In this document: positions 6,278 to 12,746 of the stretch, in pieces
Numbering within the stretch: position 1 is the first letter of the stretch
How the letters are laid out: each line of letters opens with the position of its first letter
NCBI RefSeq assembly: GCF_000010625.1
Contig: NC_010296.1
Coordinates: 2,790,001 to 2,822,000, forward strand
Source: Microcystis aeruginosa NIES-843
GTDB lineage: Bacteria; Cyanobacteriota; Cyanobacteriia; Cyanobacteriales; Microcystaceae
DNA: 32,000 nucleotides
Direction of reading: 5' to 3'
Notes under the pieces: model-generated
Told to the model about the DNA's origin: nothing
Databases searched by the model: none
What the model saw: only the letters and a program-made list of their open reading frames with translations
Made by a program: the position numbers and the translations under genes

Positions 6278-9217
6278 TTGGCGATCGCTGGGTTTATTCT
6301 CCACGATTTCGAGAAATTCCGCTACTCGCTTTTTCCCGCGATGCCGGCGAAATATATCGAGATTAACGAGGACTTCGATCGAGATATCCGCAAACTATCA
6401 CGAGAGGAACATCGAGAGATTTTTCAAGTATTGGTTCCCGAATTAGGATTAGATCGCTTTTTATTTTCCGATCAACCAGAAAAATGGACTGAATATCTTG
6501 ATGATTTGATATACATCGCTAAAAATGCCCAGCGTCGGAATGATACCGATCGAAATACCTCGGAAGATGGGTTAAATACTCGCTTAAACAATAGCGCCCT
6601 CGAAAGTTTAACCGATCTTGCCTGTCTAGCCGATCGCCTCGCATCCATTATTAAACACCCCCACGACGCGGAAAAAGCCTCGTTACAAGACCTTTTATAC
6701 AGCCTCAGCGATGGGGAACTAAAATTTACTTACCACAGCATCGCCGAAAACCGCGGGGTACTGACGAACGTACTTAATAACGCGGTGATGGAAGCACATC
6801 AAGAACTAGACTATCAGCCTTTACTTTACTTGCCTACGGGAGTTGTCTATATCGCCCCCAAAAACGCGCCAGAAGTGTCCCTAGAAACCTTACCGAATCG
6901 AGTGGTGGACACGATTAAATCCCTCTGTAGCGGCGAATTACAGCGTAAACAAACGGGATTCGGTAGAGATGGCAAGGGGATGAAATACGCAGATTACTAC
7001 AGCCAATTTTTCGACGATGCCGGGTTAATGCGCGCTGCCCTCAACGCCACCCTTCGCATCCTCGGTGATAATAAAGCGTCCGTGGCCGGAAGTCGCGGCG
7101 AAAACCTGATTAAATTTCAACAACAGGGCGTTTTACCGACGGATTACGATTTTCATTGTGAAGATGATATCCGCATCGATCGCCTAGCGGAATTCGGGGA
7201 CGTGGTGACGCGGAAAATCTGGGGCGATCGCTTGGGAAAAATCGAACAGGCGCGAAAATTGCAGAAAAACTTACCCGCACCGCCGGATTTAGATTTAATT
7301 AGCGAGATCGCGCATTATTGGAATCTAGAAAATTATCTGCCACAAATTCGAGCGATCAAGCGTATTAATGAATCGTTAAAAGAACTCAAACTGAAAGGCA
7401 ATACGGGAGGGGTTCCCTACGAATGGTATTATCTAGCGGCGCAATACCTGAAACAGCATCCCGGAATCGAGGATATTAGACCGGTTGCAGAAGATTTAAT
7501 CGCTTTTCTCGCCGCAAAAATCGCCGCCATAGTTGCGGGATATAACTTACCCGATGGTTGGGAGGATTTGCGAGAGTGGGTTAATCAAGTGGTGCAGTTA
7601 CCCGGTCGGGAATTGGCCCACTCGATCGAAATCTTCCAGAAAGAATTAAACCACTACAACGCCGCTAAAAAACAAGGTCGCGGCCGTCAACTTCTCTGTT
7701 CGATCTCCCATTCTCCCTATAGTGTCAGCGAACAGATGGAATCGGCGGTTCTTTTTACTCCCCAAGTCTATACCAATAAACAAATGCTGGCAGGCTCGAA
7801 CGCCAAACGAAATATTTCCAGTATCGCGGGAACGGAAATGATGTTGCGTCAGATTCTTATGAATCAAACCCAAGCGGTAGGAAAACGTTTCGAGGACGGC
7901 AAATATCGCTATCTGTACTTTTACCCGACCTATTATTTTACTCCCGAAACCAATAGTTTTTTACAAAAAGCCTACGCTAACATCGCTCAAACTCGTTTTG
8001 ATAGCTCGATAAAGTTGCACTTTGTCGATAAGGATCTAGTCGCTAACTTCGATCGAACCCGTTATCAGAGTGTCGATAGTTTCCTGATCGATGAAAAATT
8101 AAGGCAGAAAAAGGAAACAATTAACGAGGAGGAAGATGGCAAAAAAGACCGCACTTTTAAACTATCCTATCCCGAAGATAAACCCCTAACCTTTTATTTT
8201 ATAGCCCTACCTCCGGGCCGCGATCCCACCGATACGGAATCCTGGGTTATGCCAGCATGGTTAGGATTAGCTTTCCCGATGATTCTAGATGTCAAAACGG
8301 TGGTTTCTGAGTCTCCTATTCCTCCCTATCGCGACGGTGCGGAATTTGAAGAGACGGTATTTCTCGACAGTGCGCCCCAAGCGATCCGGTCCTTAACCCG
8401 ATGCGATCGATTCCGTCTCGATCGAGTCTTGAACCCATGGCAAGATAATGACGGAAAAAAATATCCTGCCCCTCTAAATACCCTCACCGCAGCCTATTCT
8501 ATTCATTTAGACGTGAACTCGAAGCAGGGTAAGACGGGTTATGATCCCAATTGGGGCAAATTAACGGAACTCGCTATCAATTTAGAAACCAGTCCTCTCT
8601 ATGTTTTTCATTACCTTAAACAGTGGAAACGGGGCAAAGATGCCGATATACCGAGCGCTAATCGAATCGCTCTGTATCTCTACGATTTTTATCCTTGTTT
8701 CGATCCCTATGTACAAGCCAACCGAACCAATTTAACTATCGATATGACAGCAGAATCGCCCTTAAATCACCCGAAAAACTTAACCGAATTGTATCGTCAA
8801 TTCTATCGAGCTAATAAACGATATAATCCGAAAGCGAACGCAGTTTTAAAACCGATCGATGTGGCCGCCGATACGATTCTCAAAGGAGGAATGTATCAGG
8901 GAGAAGCCCTAGTTTCTGTAGTAGCGGCGGAAGTGGCCAGCTTAATGAATCGGGTTCATGCTTCTACAGCAGAAGGTCGCTGGATTCTATCCGATCGAGA
9001 ACAGGAAAGACAGAAAATATTGTCTTTTGCTCGTTATTTTGTGATCGATGTGTTCGAGGTTTCTTTTAAGGGCGATCGAGCGCGTCTAGCCGGCAGACAA
9101 TTAAACCTTATTCGCGATACCTGCGAATTTCTTTACCGTCTTGAACAGGACAGAGAAAATCAAGAGTTAAAAGCCCAGGGTCAAACTGTGGATGAAGATT
9201 CTGAAAACAATAATTAA
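6278..9217 (+). CDS. cas10d: Cas10d/Csc3 main body (HD domain + large-subunit core); only a TTG start is available
   Basis: 979 aa. 'FILHDFEKF' and 'KHPHDAEK' are HD-type motifs near the N-terminus. Size and position (between cas3' and csc2) fit the I-D large subunit. Confidence 0.85.
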   Translation: MAIAGFILHDFEKFRYSLFPAMPAKYIEINEDFDRDIRKLSREEHREIFQVLVPELGLDRFLFSDQPEKWTEYLDDLIYIAKNAQRRNDTDRNTSEDGLNTRLNNSALESLTDLACLADRLASIIKHPHDAEKASLQDLLYSLSDGELKFTYHSIAENRGVLTNVLNNAVMEAHQELDYQPLLYLPTGVVYIAPKNAPEVSLETLPNRVVDTIKSLCSGELQRKQTGFGRDGKGMKYADYYSQFFDDAGLMRAALNATLRILGDNKASVAGSRGENLIKFQQQGVLPTDYDFHCEDDIRIDRLAEFGDVVTRKIWGDRLGKIEQARKLQKNLPAPPDLDLISEIAHYWNLENYLPQIRAIKRINESLKELKLKGNTGGVPYEWYYLAAQYLKQHPGIEDIRPVAEDLIAFLAAKIAAIVAGYNLPDGWEDLREWVNQVVQLPGRELAHSIEIFQKELNHYNAAKKQGRGRQLLCSISHSPYSVSEQMESAVLFTPQVYTNKQMLAGSNAKRNISSIAGTEMMLRQILMNQTQAVGKRFEDGKYRYLYFYPTYYFTPETNSFLQKAYANIAQTRFDSSIKLHFVDKDLVANFDRTRYQSVDSFLIDEKLRQKKETINEEEDGKKDRTFKLSYPEDKPLTFYFIALPPGRDPTDTESWVMPAWLGLAFPMILDVKTVVSESPIPPYRDGAEFEETVFLDSAPQAIRSLTRCDRFRLDRVLNPWQDNDGKKYPAPLNTLTAAYSIHLDVNSKQGKTGYDPNWGKLTELAINLETSPLYVFHYLKQWKRGKDADIPSANRIALYLYDFYPCFDPYVQANRTNLTIDMTAESPLNHPKNLTELYRQFYRANKRYNPKANAVLKPIDVAADTILKGGMYQGEALVSVVAAEVASLMNRVHASTAEGRWILSDREQERQKILSFARYFVIDVFEVSFKGDRARLAGRQLNLIRDTCEFLYRLEQDRENQELKAQGQTVDEDSENNN

Positions 9218-9234
9218 TTCAAGGAGTACCTACC

Positions 9235-10242
9235 ATGTCTTTACTGAAAACCCTCAATTCTAAATTCTTTCATAGCGAGATTCCCTACAAACCGATGGGA
9301 AAATACGTTCACTTTTTGACGATTCGAGTCACAGAATCCTATCCTTTATTTCAAACAGATGGAGAGCTAAATAAAGCTCGTGTTCGTGCGGGAATTGATA
9401 GCAAAAAAACGATTAGTCGTTTATCGATGTTTAAACGGAAACAGTCAACTCCAGAACGTTTAGTCGGTCGAGAATTACTCAGAAACTACAAATTAATTAC
9501 CGCCGAAGAATGTGAGTACAATGTAAAATTTGCCATGAATAACCCCGACTGTATTATTTATGGTTTTGCCATCGGTGATTCGGGTTCAGAAAAATCGAAA
9601 GTAGTAGTAGATACGGCTTTTTCGATCACACCCTTTGATGAATCCCATGAAAGTTTTACTTTGAACGCTCCCTACGAGAATGGTACTATGGCATCGAAGG
9701 GAGAGAATGACACAAAAGTAGGAGAAGTGACTAGCAGGATTAACCAGCAGGATCACATCCGTCCGCAGGTGTTTTTCCCTAGTATTGTCACGCTCAAAGA
9801 TCCGACAGAAGCAAGTTTTCTCTATGTTTTTAATAACATCCTGCGTACCCGTCACTACGGCGCGCAAACTACCCGGACGGGACGGGTAAGAAATGAGCTT
9901 ATCGGTGTTATTTTTGCCGATGGGGAAATTGTTAGTAATTTGCGCTGGACACAGGCAATATATGATCGCCTTCCCGATGAAGTATTACACTCGATCGATC
10001 CCTTAGACGAGGATTTAGTTATGGAAAAAGCCACCGAAGCAATACAAGAATTAATGGCGGAAGAATTTATCGTTCATACCGATTTTATCGGGGAAAATTT
10101 TCAACCTTTATTAACTGAGGTGAAAACTCTCACGGGTACGGAAGCAGGAATTTTATCGATCTTGAACCAAGCAGATAAAGAAGCGAAAGACTACGCTAAG
10201 AAACATATCGCCGAGAAAAAACCAGCCGCTCAAAAACCGTAA
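9235..10242 (+). CDS. csc2: Csc2 (Cas7d), type I-D backbone subunit
   Basis: 335 aa. 'NNPDCIIYGFAIGDSGSEKSKVVVDTAFSI' and 'GAQTTRTGRVRNELIGVIFADGE' blocks. AAGGAG lies 7 nt upstream of the ATG. Position after cas10d fits. Confidence 0.85.
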   Translation: MSLLKTLNSKFFHSEIPYKPMGKYVHFLTIRVTESYPLFQTDGELNKARVRAGIDSKKTISRLSMFKRKQSTPERLVGRELLRNYKLITAEECEYNVKFAMNNPDCIIYGFAIGDSGSEKSKVVVDTAFSITPFDESHESFTLNAPYENGTMASKGENDTKVGEVTSRINQQDHIRPQVFFPSIVTLKDPTEASFLYVFNNILRTRHYGAQTTRTGRVRNELIGVIFADGEIVSNLRWTQAIYDRLPDEVLHSIDPLDEDLVMEKATEAIQELMAEEFIVHTDFIGENFQPLLTEVKTLTGTEAGILSILNQADKEAKDYAKKHIAEKKPAAQKP

Positions 10243-10249
10243 ATTTCAG

Positions 10250-10273
10250 TAGGGTGAGTAATTTCTCACCCTA
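10250..10273 (+). promoter_or_regulatory. intercistronic stem-loop between csc2 and csc1
   Basis: TAGGGTGAG-taattt-CTCACCCTA, a perfect 9-bp stem. No U-tract follows directly, so it is not a clear intrinsic terminator. Confidence 0.3.
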
Positions 10274-10297
10274 GATCCTCGCAATTTTTAAAGAGTT

Positions 10298-10972
10298 ATG
10301 GTACATATTTATTCCTGTCAATTAGAACTGCACGATAGTCTTTATTACGCAACCCGTGAAATCGGCAGACTCTACGAAAGCGAACCCGTAATTCATAATT
10401 ACGCGCTCTGTTATGCTTTGGGATTGGTAAATAGCGATAGTTATCGTTACTTCTGTTCCGAACAGATTCCCCAGTACCAAGAACATTTAAATCCTCTTAA
10501 CGAAGAGAAAATTTATGTCACTCCCGCACGGGCGATCGTTCATACGGCGGTTCTCAATACTTGGAAATATGCCAATAATAACTATCATGTGGAGATGGAA
10601 AAAACCCAGAAAAATATTCCCAGTTTTGGCAGGGCAAAAGAAATCGCTCCCGAAAGTGTTTTTGAATGTTTTATCATTTCCCATCACCCCCTACAACTTC
10701 CTAAATGGATTCGTTTGGGAAAATGGATGAGTAAAGCGGAAGTAAAACTGACAGAACTTTCCCTATCAAAACAAAAAGAGGATTTATTTATTTATCCCTA
10801 TCCTTTAAATCCTCTCGATGTTATGTTTACCCATCAGGTGATTGGCTACGATGTGATTAATATGCCTCCCGTTAGTTTGATTCGTAATGTGAGAATGCGC
10901 GGGGAATATTACCAAATAAGCGATCGTCCCGATCTGAAAATTCCCGCTCGATTGTCCTATCGCTTCGGTTGA
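10298..10972 (+). CDS. csc1: Csc1 (Cas5d), type I-D
   Basis: 224 aa. Position directly after csc2. Call rests on conserved I-D gene order and size. Confidence 0.75.
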   Translation: MVHIYSCQLELHDSLYYATREIGRLYESEPVIHNYALCYALGLVNSDSYRYFCSEQIPQYQEHLNPLNEEKIYVTPARAIVHTAVLNTWKYANNNYHVEMEKTQKNIPSFGRAKEIAPESVFECFIISHHPLQLPKWIRLGKWMSKAEVKLTELSLSKQKEDLFIYPYPLNPLDVMFTHQVIGYDVINMPPVSLIRNVRMRGEYYQISDRPDLKIPARLSYRFG

Positions 10973-10978
10973 AAATTG

Positions 10979-11056
10979 ACCATGACTCTTATCTCTTCTA
11001 AACCCCTCACTTTACCGGAATTTTTCTCGCTAACCGCTCCCGAGGGCGATATTACC
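10979..11056 (+). repeat. left 78-bp direct repeat (uma2 start region) bracketing the cargo
   Basis: 74/78 identical to 19916-19993. Homology stops exactly after ...GATATTACC. Confidence 0.9.
10982..11056 (+). pseudogene. 5' fragment (25 codons) of a Uma2/DUF820 endonuclease gene, truncated by the cargo junction
   Basis: Encodes MTLISSKPLTLPEFFSLTAPEGDIT, matching the N-termini of the full copies at 19919 and 21004. Similarity ends at 11056. Confidence 0.85.
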
Positions 11057-11071
11057 GTCGCATCGCACATT

Positions 11072-11929
11072 TTACCCCGATTCGTACTGTTGACGAGATT
11101 TAAATAAAATTTGTTTGATCCGGTTGCGTAATGGCTCTGGTGTAAGTACAATACAGCGATCTCCGTAGGGTAAAATCTCCCGAATTAACCAAAAAGGACT
11201 AGAGACTTTACGGGTTATAATCCTTTTTCCGTTTACCTCTCGGTCGTCGATATCCCTTGTGTTCCTTTCATAGGCCTTCACGAGGTCTTTTTCTAATTGT
11301 AATTGTACTTCTATAAAATCGAGACTGTCTCGCCATGGTTCTTCGATCGGGATCAGGCTTTGAATACGAGAGAATTTAAGACAGCGATTGTGAACAAGCT
11401 CGGGAAAGTCTCGCCTATCTTCTTCTGGCAGATCGACCGTTTCTTCACACCAGATCTCTAGATAGAATTCTTTTTCCCGAAACATGATCTCGGCAGAGCG
11501 AACGGTAAATTCTAGGGTCTGTCCCTGAGAATTTTTGTACATTACCCGAAAAGCTTGCCGGTCATGGATATAGCGCTCCACCGTGAGCCGCCAATCGCGA
11601 TCGTACTGACTCACCTGTTCGGAAATCTCCCGACGCTCTTGAGGGGAGAGATTTCCTCTCTCTAAAAGAAAATTAGAAAGAGTCTGGGCCGGTTCGATGT
11701 GACCCGATCGCACCAGACGGTCGATCGCTTCCTTGATCGCTTCGACCCGCTTTGCCGAGAGGGTAAAAGGTTCACCGATCTCCAGTTCTCCTTCGGCGAT
11801 GGCGGCGATTAGACCTGACGGACTAGGACTTTTCCCCCAAAAGATGTCAAAGCGTCGGGCGATCGCCTCTAGCTTCTCCTTCGTGCCGGGAGGGATTGAC
11901 AGTGTAATTGTTTCTTTTTTGCGATTCAC
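11072..11929 (-). CDS. second RHH-like + WYL-type regulator, paralogue of 670-1533, divergent from the second effector operon
   Basis: 285 aa with GTG start. 'ITLSIPPGTKEKLEAIARRFD', 'EFYLEIWC...NRCLKFSRIQ', 'FWLIREILPYGDRC' are colinear with the first regulator. Confidence 0.7.
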   Translation of the reverse strand: MNRKKETITLSIPPGTKEKLEAIARRFDIFWGKSPSPSGLIAAIAEGELEIGEPFTLSAKRVEAIKEAIDRLVRSGHIEPAQTLSNFLLERGNLSPQERREISEQVSQYDRDWRLTVERYIHDRQAFRVMYKNSQGQTLEFTVRSAEIMFREKEFYLEIWCEETVDLPEEDRRDFPELVHNRCLKFSRIQSLIPIEEPWRDSLDFIEVQLQLEKDLVKAYERNTRDIDDREVNGKRIITRKVSSPFWLIREILPYGDRCIVLTPEPLRNRIKQILFKSRQQYESG

Positions 11930-11942
11930 CTGAAAAATGTAC

Positions 11943-11971
11943 TTGCAATTCTGGAATATTTGTGCTACAAT
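11943..11971 (+). promoter_or_regulatory. near-consensus promoter P1 (-35 TTGCAA, 17 nt, -10 TACAAT)
   Basis: Hexamers at 11943-11948 and 11966-11971. The -10 is half of a palindrome TACAATA-CCTA-TATTGTA (11966-11983). Confidence 0.5.
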
Positions 11972-12223
11972 ACCTATATTGTAATGATAAATGAGCGCAA
12001 AAAGCTATGGTAAGAGGAAATGAGGGGGATATACCACTGACGATGGTTCTGCGTCCGTGTAACCTTTTGTCGGGAACTCGGAAAATATTGATCAGCATGG
12101 TGTCACCGCCACATCGTTGTGGGGAGTTCAGGCGATCTAAAACGGCAGATATCTGAAGTGAACAAAAGGAGACAGAGTAGTATGGACAACCTCATAGACA
12201 AAGATCGCATATTGCCCTGTCTG

Positions 12224-12320
12224 GCTTCAATCCCTAATAGGGATTCGATGAAAAGGCTAAACAGTAGCCTCACGACTTGTCAGGTTTCAATCCCTCTTAG
12301 TATCAGGGGTTCAGTGATCG
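12224..12320 (-). ncRNA. degenerate two-repeat mini-array (psi-repeat / 23-nt spacer / psi-repeat), CreA/CreR-like crRNA gene
   Basis: Minus strand 12320->12284 ends in AGGGATTGAAAC, 12/12 with the array repeat 3' end. Minus strand 12260->12224 contains CCCTATTAGGGATTGAA (17/17) and matches the repeat at 24/37 overall. The spacer is CTGACAAGTCGTGAGGCTACTGT (12283->12261). Confidence 0.6.
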
Positions 12321-12364
12321 ATCATCTTACCATGATATGCTTAAGAGAATGATTTGCTTTTCCT

Positions 12365-12383
12365 GCCTCAGACTTGTCAGGAC
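12365..12383 (-). promoter_or_regulatory. PAM-flanked partial protospacer for the mini-array spacer, overlapping the P2 -35 box
   Basis: Minus strand reads GTC|CTGACAAGTC|TGAGGC. GTC is a type I-D-compatible PAM. Spacer nt 1-10 match exactly, and nt 12-17 match after a 1-nt bulge. Confidence 0.55.
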
Positions 12384-12402
12384 GTAAACAGTGAGCTATA
12401 TT
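12374..12402 (+). promoter_or_regulatory. promoter P2 (-35 TTGTCA, 17 nt, -10 TATATT) heading the 47-aa ORF and the second effector operon
   Basis: Hexamers at 12374-12379 and 12397-12402, each 5/6 to consensus. Confidence 0.5.
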
Positions 12403-12515
12403 AAAAGAAGCCGTTTTGGGGTCGGCTATCTATAGAAAAATTTATGCACTTGCATTATAGCAAAGCTGACCCCAGATGGATACCCACCTCAATCAAAATA
12501 AAATGGAGGTCAGTA

Positions 12516-12659
12516 ATGCCTGCTTTTGACGATATTTACCAGCAAATCGAAATTATTCAAGACCAAATCGAGCTTCTTCAGTGCCAAATCAAAGAACTGA
12601 GGCAGTCTCCAGTCTTGGATTCTGAAGGCGAAGTCAGAATTTTCGATGATTTAACCTAG
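12516..12659 (+). CDS. 47-aa acidic, heptad-like small protein of unknown function
   Basis: GGAGG at 12505-12509, 6 nt before the ATG at 12516. Product is MPAFDDIYQQIEIIQDQIELLQCQIKELRQSPVLDSEGEVRIFDDLT. The track ORF 12444-12659 is the same frame with an SD-less upstream ATG. Confidence 0.45.
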   Translation: MPAFDDIYQQIEIIQDQIELLQCQIKELRQSPVLDSEGEVRIFDDLT

Positions 12660-12746
12660 AATCCCAGCAATAACGCCTCTAGAGAGCGGAAGTAGGCACT
12701 TTTCAGCCTACTCCCTCAAGATAAGAAATCAAGGAAGGACAGCACT

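Larger units (their letters stand above)
5709..9217 (+). pseudogene. cas10d: cas10d (type I-D large subunit with N-terminal HD), interrupted by a frameshifting 65-bp tandem duplication
   Basis: ORF 5709-6125 (frame 0) and ORF 6278-9217 (frame 2) become one 1147-codon ORF if one copy of the 65-bp repeat (6017-6081 = 6082-6146) is removed. I read frame 2 by hand from 6146 to 6278 and found no stops. Confidence 0.75.

Noticed and set aside
11891-11899. AGGGATTGA 9-mer identical to part of the repeat 3' end, inside the second regulator gene
   Set aside because: An isolated 9-nt match within a coding frame, with no hairpin or second relic nearby. Consistent with chance.
12224-12320. Plus-strand reading of the mini-array (transcribed from P1)
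   Set aside because: The hairpin is palindromic, so both orientations look repeat-like. Only the minus orientation reproduces the loop TATTA and the contiguous GGGATTGAA(A/G)C tag in both relics, and places the spacer-target match at the PAM-proximal end next to GTC. Kept as a caveat, not as the call.
11847-12352. Track ORFs 11847-12098 (minus) and 12119-12352 (plus) in the regulator/operon intergenic region
   Set aside because: No SD and no motifs. The first overlaps the regulator start and promoter P1, and the second is built across the two repeat relics of the mini-array.
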